Source: Bacillota bacterium
GTDB taxonomy: Bacteria; Bacillota; Sulfobacillia; RBS10-35; JAJYVN01
DNA length: 48,758 bases
Assembly (NCBI GenBank): GCA_021791995.1
Contig: JAJYVN010000001.1
Location: 1 to 48,758 of the forward strand
Reading direction: 5' to 3'
Position numbers and translations under genes: made by a program. Shown here piece by piece: positions 9,727 to 18,970 of the stretch. The notes beneath the pieces were generated by a model that was not told where the DNA came from, made no database searches, and was given only the letters and a program-made list of their open reading frames with translations. How positions within the stretch are numbered: the stretch's first letter is position 1; the number at the start of each line of letters is the position of its first letter.

Positions 9727-9741
9727 CGGAGATGCTCTCCG
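9727..9741. terminator. short hairpin between convergent tadB and sigI
   Basis: cggaga-tgc-tctccg, a 6-bp stem between convergent genes. Weak. Confidence 0.3.
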
Positions 9742-9755
9742 GCAAAAGAGTGGAC

Positions 9756-10489
9756 TTAACCCTTGTGGAGATAGCCCTTCAGGTGGGGGAATTCGCTGCT
9801 TGTCGCCAAAGCGACCGCGATGATGTCCCGGCGCTGCCGCTCAAGGGTCTTGCGGCTGACCGAGACAAGATCCTCTAGCGCTTTGAGTGGAAGTTCGTGG
9901 CGAGCGAGAAGGTGGTGCAAGAGTCGTGGATCGGCGGCCACCAGTTGACCGATGGCCATCGCGCTACGGCGGCTATCGTCGTGGCGAGGGCAGATTCGCA
10001 CCAATTCCTCAAGACTCAGGCCGAAGTGATGCAGGCGGGCCTCAAATCTAAGGATCTCCTCGCGTCGAGCCTCGGCTTCTTGGTCCTGGCGCCTTCCTCA
10101 ACCGTTGCCTGATCCTGGACGGACACGTCGGCGTAGCCTGCCTCGCCTTCCCGCTCCAGGTCTGACATAACCACCTCTGTCCGGCGGTGGCGGCGGTAGT
10201 GATCGACCAGGCGGCGCCGGATGACCTGCTGGGCGAAGCGAACGAAGCTTCGACCGCGATCCGGGTCGAAGCTTGTGATCGCCTCGTTGAAGGCGATCAG
10301 TGCAATGGCGGCTTCGTCGTCCTCCTTGTATATGTAGCGCCCCGTCGCGCGGGATGCCATGCGCAGGAGGAGGGGACCGTAGCGAACTATTAGCTGGGTT
10401 CGGGCTTCGTCATCCCCGGCCTTGGCTTGGCGAAGGAGTGTCGTGGTCGTTTCCGGGGTGAGATTGCGCGTGCATCCCAAATTGCGCAC
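9756..10489 (-). pseudogene. sigI: SigI-family sigma factor gene split by a frameshift
   Basis: ORF 10016..10489 carries sigma region 2 with the SigI-type block EDDEAAIALIAFNEAITSF. ORF 9756..10004 carries the SigI-type C-terminal HTH (LPLKALEDLVSVSRKTLERQRRDIIAV). The second frame is open up to 10097 (GRRQDQEAEARREEILRFEARLHHFGLSLEEL...), so the two frames overlap across 10019-10097. Confidence 0.8.
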
Positions 10490-10722
10490 CTCGCAGCCGG
10501 TGGATGCGGGTTGAAGGGTCGACGACGGGGCGGGCTGGGCGTGCTCAGGGCGCGGTCGGTAGTGGCGGGCCCTGGCTCAGGTACTGAAGCACGTGGCGTC
10601 CACCGAGCCCACAGGCACCTTGCGCCCGGTGGCGCAAAGACGCGGTGCCCTGATAGCCCCAACGAACAGGACGCAGCAGGTGGCAAGGCTGTTGGGGCCG
10701 CTCCGGCCCGGGGCTGGCCAAG

Positions 10723-10794
10723 CAGACGGCCACGCAGACGGCCACGCAGACGGCCACGCAGACGGCCACGCAGACGGCCACGCAGGGGGGCACT
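10723..10794. repeat. 12-bp tandem repeat GCAGACGGCCAC, 5 perfect copies plus 1 degenerate copy
   Basis: Read directly. Perfect copies start at 10723, 10735, 10747, 10759 and 10771; the sixth is gcaggggggcac. It lies in the ~400-bp divergent region between sigI (minus strand) and a signal-peptide ORF (plus strand). Confidence 0.95.
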
Positions 10795-10891
10795 CGTCGG
10801 CCACAGGGTTGTCCAGCGGCTCAAGGATGGAAACTCCAGCCGCGCCAGTCGCGTGGCAACGCCGGACCGCGCCGCCCCGGGGGGTGGGTGG

Positions 10892-11594
10892 ATGAAGCGG
10901 GCACGAGCCTTACCTGCCGCAATCCTGGCCATGCTCCTCATGGCCGCGGGCGGGACGCTGGCCGCGGCGCCCGCCCCGGGCACGCTGCTCAATGCGACGG
11001 ACGCGGTCGGCTTCCCGACCGTGAGGCCGCCGCGACCGCTGCCTGCGGGTTACGCCTTCGCGGTGGAGGATCCGACGACGACGCAGGTGCCGCCGTGGGC
11101 GAGCACGCCGCTCCTCCTCCCCGACGGCGGCAGCGTCGTCGCCCTTGCCGCCGCGCAACCAATGTGCGCGAGCCCGAGAGGAGGTTTGCCCGCCCGTCGC
11201 GTCCGTGCAGCGCTTCCCGCCCGGCGGCGGCCCGCCCGGTTAGTTCGACCTGCCGACCTGGACTTATAACCTGCTGAACAACGTGCCGGCGTGGGCCGGA
11301 GGTGCCATAGCCTTCCTCGAGGTGGCCGACTGGACCGAGGGACCGTACACGCCCACGTTCGGGCCGGTGCTCGTCCGCCTGGCCCCCGACGGGCGCCTTC
11401 TGTCACGCTCGACCCTCGCCCTGCCCAAGATGTTCGCAGGCGTCGCGAGCGGCACGCTCAGCGTGAGCCTCTACCCCTGCCAGGGCGGCCTCCTGCTCCG
11501 GCTCGTGGCGACCCCGGCCGCCGCCGGCGCCTCAAAATGGGCTACAGGGCGGTCTCACCGGAGAACAAAATCGCCGGCCTGCCCCGCTTCGTAG
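10892..11594 (+). pseudogene. possible frameshifted secreted-protein gene
   Basis: ATG at 10892 gives a signal peptide (MKRARALPAAILAMLLMAAGGTLAAAPAPG). After ~90 aa the frame turns Arg-rich and stops at 11269. A second frame (11244-11594) reads like protein (FDLPTWTYNLLNNVPAWAGGAIAFLEVADWTEGPYTPTFGPVLV...). Confidence 0.3.
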
Positions 11595-12299
11595 CCCTAC
11601 CCGTCTCGCTACCACCGGCGCACGCACGGACCGGTCCTTCGCGAGCGCGGGAACGAGCAAGACCGGGTGCCAGAGCGCCGCTCCGGGGACAGCCTGTCCG
11701 CGAACCGGCGCTCGTGGCGCGCCAGTGCGCGCGATTGGTTCTCGGTGCGGCGGGGCACGCCGGGTGTGCGTACAAGGACCGCGCGTGTAGCCCGCCCAGG
11801 TGTGCTCGCGCGCGTGACCGTGGGGCGTGGGCCCCTCGAAGACCCCGAGTTAGACCACGCTTTCGGCCGCGTGCACCTAGTGGCGCCAGTACTTGCCCTT
11901 GCGGCCCGTGTGCCAGTTGGCCGCGCTGGCATGCACGGCGTCGTCGTGACTGCCTCCATGCCGCGGTGCGCCGCGATTTTCGGCGCGTTCCCAATCGGAG
12001 TGCGCCGGCCGGGCTGCATCTTGAAACATCGGAACGCCGTCCCCTTGCATCGGGGATCATGGCCCGCTCGGTTGGTCGCTTCCTCGACTCGGTAGACAAG
12101 CTCGCGGCTCCGCCGCCGTATGTCTTTGCCAACTGGGATTAGGATTCCACCTCTGAACCAAAAGGTTGGCGTGCCGGTTACGCGAAACCACACACGCTGC
12201 GACGTCCGCGCACTTGGCCGAGGCGGCCGCTACGAACGGGCTCGTCTAGTGTGCAAACACCGTGGTCTGAGACCCTGCTTGGACCAACCACAGGAGGGG

Positions 12300-12983
12300 G
12301 TGAAGAACGTACGAATATTGGTGGTCGAGGACGAGCCCTCGATGCAGCGGGCGTTAAGGCGAGGGCTCGCGAAGTCCGGTTACGCAGTAGATGCAGCGGA
12401 CGATGGCTTGCAGGCCCTGGCGCTCCTTGACGTTCACCCATACGACGCAGTGGTCTTGGACCTCAATCTTCCTCAGCTCGACGGCATCGACACACTTCAG
12501 CGAATGCGCGCTGGCCATCCGGACGTTCGTGTCTTAATCCTGTCTGCACGATCGGATGTCCGCGACAAGGTTGCCGGCCTAGACGCAGGCGCCAGCGACT
12601 TCCTGGAGAAGCCGTTTCACTTCCACGAACTGGACGCCCGCCTGCGCGCGCTCTTGCGCAGGGCGTTTGTCCAGCGTGACAGCTGTCTAGCACACGGCGA
12701 TGTTCGGCTCGATTCACGACTGAGACGCGTAACCGCGAGTGGACAGCCTGTGCACTTGACGAACAAAGAGTACGCCATCCTCGAATACCTATTGACCAAT
12801 GCCGGAAGGATTGTGAGCGCTGAGGAACTGATCGATCATATTTGGAGCGGCGATACGGCTCTGTTCTCCAATTCCCTCAAGGTTCACGTGAGCACCTTGA
12901 ATAGAAAGATGGCAGGCGCTACCGCCGACCACTTCGCGATCAAAAATCTTCGCGGGGCTGGCTACTTCATTGCGAGGGAATAG
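12300..12983 (+). CDS. OmpR/PhoB-family response regulator
   Basis: GTG behind CAGGAGGGGG. Receiver domain (ILVVEDE, VVLDLNLPQLDG, SDFLEKPF) plus winged-helix output (LTNKEYAILEYLL). Confidence 0.9.
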   Translation: MKNVRILVVEDEPSMQRALRRGLAKSGYAVDAADDGLQALALLDVHPYDAVVLDLNLPQLDGIDTLQRMRAGHPDVRVLILSARSDVRDKVAGLDAGASDFLEKPFHFHELDARLRALLRRAFVQRDSCLAHGDVRLDSRLRRVTASGQPVHLTNKEYAILEYLLTNAGRIVSAEELIDHIWSGDTALFSNSLKVHVSTLNRKMAGATADHFAIKNLRGAGYFIARE

Positions 12984-12991
12984 AGGTTGCG

Positions 12992-14059
12992 ATGATTCCT
13001 TTGCGGCTACGCGTGTCCCTGTTCGCCGCCCTCGGGCTCGCAATGGCGGGCCTCCTCGTGGCAGCCTTCTTTGCGGCTACGACCGTCCACTTTCCTGCTT
13101 CGAGTGCTCATGTCCCAGGCGGAGCGAGGCACTCCGTCGTCGCCGTGAACCGTTACATATCACTCACCACGGTCACGTTGGGGTACGTGCTGATCATGCT
13201 TGCTGTAGGAGCCTGTGCGTCCTATCTCATTGCGGTCTTCGCCCTAAAGCCGGTGTCGGCCCTAGCGGCGGCCGTAGAGGCAATTGACGAGCATAACCTG
13301 TCTGCGCGCGTGCGTGTGTCGGAAGTAGGTGACGAGGTTTCTCGCCTGGGCCGTTCGTTCAACGACATGATGGCCAGGGTGGAACAGTCATTCGAGCGCC
13401 AGCGGCTCTTTGCGGTCAATGCTGCGCACGAGCTCAAGACGCCGCTCGCCGCCATCATTGCAAACCTCGAGGTGTTGCGAGTCGGTGACCGCCCAACCAT
13501 TGCGGAGTACGAAGCCGCTCTCGACGATGTCATGGCCGATGCCCATCGACTGGCTCGTCTGATCCAGGATCTGCTTGACCTGCAGAAAAGCCTGGAAAAG
13601 GACCAGTATGAGCACATCGGAGCAAGCGACCTGGTAGGCGAGGTCATCGCTTCCCTGGTGGATATCGCGGCGGCCAAGAACGTGTGCGTCGAAGAGCACC
13701 TTTCCGATGCCATCGTCGACGGCGACAGGGAGCTGTTGCGTCGAGTGTTCTTTAACCTCGTGGAAAACGCCGTTAAGTACAACAAGGACGGTGGCCGAGT
13801 GGACATCGAGGGGATCGGCGACGACACGCAGACCGTGGTCCGAATTCGTGACACCGGAATGGGCATACCCGAGGCGGACCTTGAGAAGGTTTTCCAGCCG
13901 CTTTACCGTGTGGAGCCGTCGCGGTCACGAGAGATGGGAGGTAGTGGGCTGGGGCTCGCCATAGCCAAGTCCATTGTTGAGCGTCATGGCGGGCGGATCT
14001 CGATGGAGAGCCGTCTTGGTCGTGGCTCCGAGGTAACGGTCACCCTGCCGCGATCTTGA
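12992..14059 (+). CDS. sensor histidine kinase (2 TM, HAMP, HisKA, HATPase_c)
   Basis: H-box AAHELKTPLAAI, N-box NLVENAVKYN, G-boxes DTGMGIP and GGSGLGLAI. Confidence 0.9.
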   Translation: MIPLRLRVSLFAALGLAMAGLLVAAFFAATTVHFPASSAHVPGGARHSVVAVNRYISLTTVTLGYVLIMLAVGACASYLIAVFALKPVSALAAAVEAIDEHNLSARVRVSEVGDEVSRLGRSFNDMMARVEQSFERQRLFAVNAAHELKTPLAAIIANLEVLRVGDRPTIAEYEAALDDVMADAHRLARLIQDLLDLQKSLEKDQYEHIGASDLVGEVIASLVDIAAAKNVCVEEHLSDAIVDGDRELLRRVFFNLVENAVKYNKDGGRVDIEGIGDDTQTVVRIRDTGMGIPEADLEKVFQPLYRVEPSRSREMGGSGLGLAIAKSIVERHGGRISMESRLGRGSEVTVTLPRS

Positions 14060-14354
14060 CCGGTGCCTAACCTTCGCGTCGACGACACGCCGCAAGGGCG
14101 ATGCACAAAAAGCCGAAGGGCGCGCAGACTCCCGTTTGACACCCCACTCCCGGACAGCCAAGCGGCCGTAGGCGCACGGCCCGCGGCCGACTTGTAACCA
14201 CTACGCCCGTCCCTTCCTCGTCAGGGTTTCAGGCGGTGTTGTGCGCTGCAACCGACTCGACCCCGCCACCCCCGATCTCCAGGTCATGTATCGGGACCCA
14301 TCGAGCAACAGGGGTATCGCATCGGGTACCTCCACCGATGCCGCGCCCCGCCCC

Positions 14355-14894
14355 TCATTCGCCGATCGGTTTGTACACGAGAAGCACGACGCCACTCCGA
14401 AGCGGCCTCGCCTCGGCGAGGCTCAATCGGGGGGCGCCTTCGAGTTCCTCGAACATATGCCGGCCTTTGCCAACCGCCACCGGCGTCAACAGGACATGGA
14501 TCTCATCGATGAGCCCGTGCGCCATGAGGGTCACATCGAGCGATCCGTTTCCGTACTTCACGAGATTTCGGTCATGTCTAACCTTTAGGTCGGCCACGAA
14601 GGGCGCGACCTCTCCCCCAATGACCGTGGCATTCCAGCCGGCAGAAGGCAGAGTTCGGGAAGCGACATACTTGGGGATGGCGTTCATGCGGTCCACGAAG
14701 GGACGCGGCTGCATCGCCGGATACGCGGCTGAGAGGCCCTCGTAGGTTCGCCGTCCCAACAGAAGCGCGTCGGCGGCAAGCACGCGCTCGGTGACGTAGG
14801 CGACATGCTCGTCATCCAAATATGGGAAAGCCCAGTCCACGGGGTCGATCTGCCCGCCCACACTGACATGCGTGATCTCGATCAACTTGCCCAC
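14355..14894 (-). CDS. dihydrofolate reductase-family (RibD C-terminal domain) protein
   Basis: 179 aa. LLGRRTYEGLSAAYP, NAIPKYVASRTL and NLVKYGNGSL are typical of this family. Confidence 0.8.
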   Translation of the reverse strand: MGKLIEITHVSVGGQIDPVDWAFPYLDDEHVAYVTERVLAADALLLGRRTYEGLSAAYPAMQPRPFVDRMNAIPKYVASRTLPSAGWNATVIGGEVAPFVADLKVRHDRNLVKYGNGSLDVTLMAHGLIDEIHVLLTPVAVGKGRHMFEELEGAPRLSLAEARPLRSGVVLLVYKPIGE

Positions 14895-15079
14895 TTGCGT
14901 CGCTCCTTTACGCGTTCGGTGAAGTGCCTTGTGCTGGGAGCCGGGTGGTGAACAAGAGCAGCGTGTCTTCGATGGTTGCCAGCCACCAAAACAGTACGTT
15001 GGCGAATGCTACTCGTCGAATCCCTCGGCTCGGTGAGATCGCGGAGCGGCGTTCATCGTAACGTGCTCTGTGCCCACGC

Positions 15080-15983
15080 CGCTTCTTCAAACTTGTACAG
15101 GCCGCGTCTGGTGGTAGGCGCGCTACATGGCGCTACCCGAGAGCGTGGTGCTGTCCGGCTTCGCAGCGAGCGTCTCGAGCACCCGCGGCGGGACGCGCAT
15201 GCCGACGGCCGCAAACGCCTCGTGCGCTCGACCGACCAGTGGCGTGCGCATCACGTATCGACCCCGCCTGGAGACGACCTCGCCCACCCCGGGGGGCCGC
15301 AGATCTTCCATCACGGCGTGGTAGTCCTTCTCGCTCAGGACCCCGGCGGTGCCGAGTGCCTGCCGGATCGCCATCTCCAGCACGTAGGCCAGGAAGCACA
15401 CCGCGACGTGCGCCCGGATCCGCCGGTCGACGTAGTGGTAGACCGGCCGCATCTCGAACGGCCCCTTGAGCTCGCGAAAGGCCCGCTCCACCCGGTACAG
15501 CTGGCGGTACGCCTTGGCGATCTCGGGCCCGGTGAGCGCGGTGTTCGCCCGCAGCACGTACTTGCCATCGTAGCGGCGGTGGCGCTCGATCGCCTCGCGG
15601 TTGAGCCGCACCGCCTCGCCGGTCAGGCGCACGTACGGCCGGTAGAGGGAGTTGCGAAGAAGGCTCGAGCCCGAGGGGTTCTTCTTCAACGTCGCCTTGA
15701 GCCGGGCCACGATCTCCCGCCAGCGCTCGCGGTCGTGGATCTCCTCCTCGGGGTTGTGCACGACGACGTAGGCCTCGTCGCCGATCGTGAGCTCCTTCAC
15801 CCGGATACCGAGGTCCTCGACCTCCTGCCAGCTGTCGCCCCGGTAGGACAGCGCAGCCTCGGGCTTGGCCGTCAGGCGCGACCCGACGACGTACTCGATC
15901 TTCGGCCACGTCGTGACGCATGACGCAGGTGGCAGACAAGGGGCTGGAGAGCAATCGCTCACCCCCGCGCGCAAGCGCTGCAC
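15080..15983 (-). mobile_element. truncated IS1634/IS4-like element (C-terminal half of the transposase only)
   Basis: ORF 15123..15983 aligns with the C-terminal part of the intact transposase at 20025..21689 (DGKYVLRAN...YRQLYRVERAFRELK...RPVYHYVDRRIRAHVAVCFLAYVL). The N-terminal DDE part is missing. A diverged end sequence (cttcaaacttgta...ggtggtaggcgcg) sits at ~15085-15115. Confidence 0.8.
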
Positions 15984-16052
15984 CCGCCTGTCTGCGACTC
16001 GGCGACATCACGGACACGACTGGGCGAAGGACGGCGGCGCCTCCGCGGGTTC

Positions 16053-16454
16053 TCAGTCGTGCGACCGGACAAGGGTCTTCCTGCGCAAGCGAAGGGCGCT
16101 CCAGGTGGCATCCACGGACACGTTGCTGACCACCCGGAAGGTGGTCTCGTCGGCGATCATCCGTGCGATGACGTCGCGGTTCAGCTCGGAGGCCACACCC
16201 GAGGCCTGCTTGGGGTAGGTGACCCAGAACACAGGGTCGCCCGCCGCCTTGCCGAACAGCGCAGGCACCGCCGCGCGCAGCTCGGCCGCACTCGTCACGA
16301 ACACCTGCACGAAGTTGAGCGGCGCGTCCTGGGAGCCGGGCGCCTCGACCTCGAGGTCGTATCCGGGAGGCGGGTTGACGACGAGGGCGGGCCCGCCCCT
16401 GTAGCCGAGTTTGCGGACGAGATCTGCTGCCACCCCACTACCTCCCACTCCCAC
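16053..16454 (-). CDS. hypothetical protein, DUF3052-like by pattern
   Basis: 133 aa. LVRKLGYRGG...VVNPP, FVQVFVTSAAEL, VFWVTYPKQASG and ATWSALRL resemble the DUF3052 family. Assigned from recollection, not searched. Confidence 0.45.
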   Translation of the reverse strand: MGVGGSGVAADLVRKLGYRGGPALVVNPPPGYDLEVEAPGSQDAPLNFVQVFVTSAAELRAAVPALFGKAAGDPVFWVTYPKQASGVASELNRDVIARMIADETTFRVVSNVSVDATWSALRLRRKTLVRSHD

Positions 16455-16648
16455 GCGGTAGTCGTCTCTTGCCGTGCGGCGTCTGTCACACAGCGCGGGC
16501 CATCGGGCCTAGCCGTCCCGCGCCCGGTCCGGCACGTTCCACCGACAGCGGTATACGTCCACAGCACCGGGTATCCCTTCATTGCGTCCAAATGCCGTTC
16601 TTCGGGGCGTCACGCACCGACGCTCCTCTTTTGCAGTCTCGACAAACA

Positions 16649-16768
16649 AGAGGAGGGGGTTCTGCGACACGGGCGCCCGCCTGGACACAGGGGCCGACGA
16701 CTTCCTGGAAAAGCCGTTCCATTGTCGTGGCGCTCACCCTGCCACGATCTTAACCGTCGTCTAACCGG
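16649..16768 (+). pseudogene. deletion remnant of a paralogous RR-HK operon
   Basis: aggagggggt matches the RR ribosome-binding site at 12291. ctggacacaggggccgacgacttcctggaaaagccgttccat matches RR 12579-12620 (LDxGAxDFLEKPFH). It is fused directly to gctcaccctgccacgatcttaaccgtcgtctaacc, which matches the HK 3' end at 14041-14075. Confidence 0.75.
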
Positions 16769-16840
16769 CCGGTCGGTATTGTCGTGTCACAACCGGGCTG
16801 GTCGAGGTTACACCCAGGGAGAGAGACGAGGTGTGGTCGC

Positions 16841-18385
16841 GTGAGCGTTGGCGGCGGGCACAACGGGGAACGCTTTGTGGCCTTGGTGTATGCCGAGACA
16901 AGACGGCTCTTCAGAACCCGCGGTGTGGTTGCGAGCCTTGTCATTGCCGTCGCTTTGATCCTACTGCCCGGGGTGCTCCTCGCCGGCCTTCTGGCGCTCC
17001 AGGGTCCCAGCGGACCCCTGAGTGGGCAAGTCGTGTTGGGACCCAACGGGGAAGCGGTCAAGGATGAGTTTATGTTCGTGCATCGCCCGCTGGTGGGCGA
17101 TGGAACGATTACTGCACGGGTTGCCTCCGTGAGCGGATTGATCACTTACCCGCCCCCTTTGAACGACCGCATCGTGGCCGGGGTCGTGCCATGGGCGAAG
17201 GCGGGGATCATCATGAAGAGTGGCCTGACTCCGGGAGCGCGCTACGTTGCGATGATGGTCACCGGAAGCCACGGCGTTCGACTGCAGTACAACTTCACGG
17301 GCGACGTTGCCGGTCTCGCCCCCAACGCATCCCGCGAATCGCCGATATGGTTGCGGCTTACACGGTCCGGCGACACATTCACCGGCTACGATTCAACAAC
17401 GGGCAGGCGGTGGACGCGCGTGGCCACCGTTCATGTCGGGCCGATGCCAGATACGGTTCAGGTGGGGCTGTTTGTCACGTCCCCGCACGATCTCACAGTG
17501 TCGGAGGGGGCAAGTCGCTTCACGAGCGCTACAGCCGTGTTCGGCCGCATTGAGCTCAGCGGCAAGATCAACGGCCGCTGGGCCTCGGTAGACCTTGGTG
17601 CGCCCAAGGGCCTACCGAGACACTTGCAGGGGCGCGCCGTAGAGGTCCGCGGTCGGTTCTCCGTCACTGGCTCGGGGGACATTGCGCCGCTCGGGCTCGG
17701 ATCTGGGTGGCCCATCGAGCGCAGTCTCATGGGGACGTTTGCCGGAATCATCGCGATCATCGCGGCGGCCACGGCATATGCCGCGGACGAAACCCACAAG
17801 AGGGAGGGTTCTGGGGGCCTGTCGGGGCGATTCGCGCGAGTCAAAGCACTCGCGGCGCAGAGCCTCACCATCGCGGCTGCAGGCTTCGTCGTCGGCGGTA
17901 TAGGGGCCATCCTAGCGGTTCCGCTGGGTGCAGCTCTGCTCAGTTCCAGCGGCAACACGGTGCTACCGGTCCCTCCGGCGACCGAACTACGCGTAATCCT
18001 CGGCACCGCTCTGTTGATGGCTTGGGCGAGTGCGTTCGCTCTGGGGCTGGCTTGGTGGACGCGCCGTCGCGTCGCCGCCCAGGTGGCTGGCCTCTCGTTG
18101 GTCGTCGTCCCGTACGTCCTGGCACGGATCGGCGCCGTGCCGCTCGGCGTATCCCGGTGGTTGCTGCGTGTCACGCCGGCCGCCGGGTTTGCGATTCAGC
18201 AGAGTCTGCCGGCCTACACTCAGGCGTTGGGCCCTAAGACGCCGCAACTTGGTTACTACCCATTGACGCCGTGGACCGGTCTTGCGGTAGCTGGTGCGTA
18301 CGGGGTGGCAGTGCTGGGCCTGGCCGCCGCGCTCGCATACCGCGCCGACCCCCACGCTGATGGCAGTCCTGTAGCAGCACGGTAG
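16841..18385 (+). CDS. ABC-2-type permease-like membrane protein with a large extracytoplasmic jelly-roll (ConA/LamG-like) domain; start uncertain
   Basis: N-terminal ETRRLFRTRGVVASLVIAVALILL is typical of ABC-2 permeases. A ~270-aa loop follows (GDGTITARV, WAKAGIIMKSG, VRLQYNF, IWLRLTRSGDTFTGY) and then 5 TM helices. No ATPase gene is adjacent. Alternative starts at 16784 and 16877. Confidence 0.55.
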   Translation: MSVGGGHNGERFVALVYAETRRLFRTRGVVASLVIAVALILLPGVLLAGLLALQGPSGPLSGQVVLGPNGEAVKDEFMFVHRPLVGDGTITARVASVSGLITYPPPLNDRIVAGVVPWAKAGIIMKSGLTPGARYVAMMVTGSHGVRLQYNFTGDVAGLAPNASRESPIWLRLTRSGDTFTGYDSTTGRRWTRVATVHVGPMPDTVQVGLFVTSPHDLTVSEGASRFTSATAVFGRIELSGKINGRWASVDLGAPKGLPRHLQGRAVEVRGRFSVTGSGDIAPLGLGSGWPIERSLMGTFAGIIAIIAAATAYAADETHKREGSGGLSGRFARVKALAAQSLTIAAAGFVVGGIGAILAVPLGAALLSSSGNTVLPVPPATELRVILGTALLMAWASAFALGLAWWTRRRVAAQVAGLSLVVVPYVLARIGAVPLGVSRWLLRVTPAAGFAIQQSLPAYTQALGPKTPQLGYYPLTPWTGLAVAGAYGVAVLGLAAALAYRADPHADGSPVAAR

Positions 18386-18970
18386 GCTCATGGGTTTTCC
18401 ATCACAAACGAGGGAGCCCCGATGAGTCGACGCCTCTGGCTCTGGACGACTAGGCCTCCTTGCTCTGGCACTGGCATCGCTTGGACACTGGTCCATGGAA
18501 GTCCTTGAGGGCCGGCCCGGCGCGGCCAGGCGCGACACTGCCAGGCGCGAGACTGCGGGGGCGGACGCCGGACCGCCACGGAACGATGCGGTCGCGTTGG
18601 CTGTCGTCGGTAATGTGGTTCACGTTCACTCAGTCAAGGGCACTGCTCACGCACTCGAAGTTCGGCGCCACGGTGGTCTTAACTCAGCTTCCGCATGTGG
18701 GAGTAAGTCGATCGGCGTGAATTGCGGCGGGCGGAGACATGTCGTCGACGTCGGTGCCGAGTGCCTCAAGAGTGCAGGCGCTGTGGAGCAGGACGGCGGT
18801 CCGTTGAGACCATTCCTGACCATGGTGACGGACCTTGGGAAGCAGATTGGTGCGAGGGCCTCAATAATGACGCGGTCGGATGGGGCGGGGAGGACCGCTT
18901 GTCCGGGAGAACGAGCAGCTTCTGGTCCTTCAGGGCGGTGCGCACGCTATCGCACGTCGACGGCGCCGCA

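Noticed and set aside
9756-10489. Two-subunit sigma factor (SigO-RsoA-like) encoded by two separate genes
   Set aside because: The second frame stays open 93 nt upstream of its listed start. It continues SigI-type sequence that overlaps the first ORF's out-of-frame tail. A frameshift in one sigI gene is the simpler explanation.
10723-10794. Possible CRISPR array
   Set aside because: The 12-bp units are contiguous with no spacers, and there are no cas genes. It is a simple tandem repeat.
10427-11269. 280-aa ORF containing RRPRRRPRRRPRRRPRR
   Set aside because: The repetitive peptide is just the 12-bp tandem repeat read in one frame. The upstream part is antisense to the sigI start region. 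Only the portion from the ATG at 10892 (signal peptide) looks coding.
11291-12142. Overlapping ORFs of 283, 196, 194 and 142 aa upstream of the response regulator
   Set aside because: All are mutually overlapping, extremely Arg/Pro/Ala-rich, and lack starts with ribosome-binding sites or any motif. The region was left unannotated.
14201-14745. Plus-strand ORFs 14236..14745 and 14241..14588
   Set aside because: They are antisense to the DHFR-family gene, which has clear family motifs.
18386-18970. ORFs 18495..19172 (+) and 18766..19221 (-) between the permease and the CPBP gene
   Set aside because: No motifs, poor composition, and overlap with the better-supported CPBP frame. The region may be decayed sequence.
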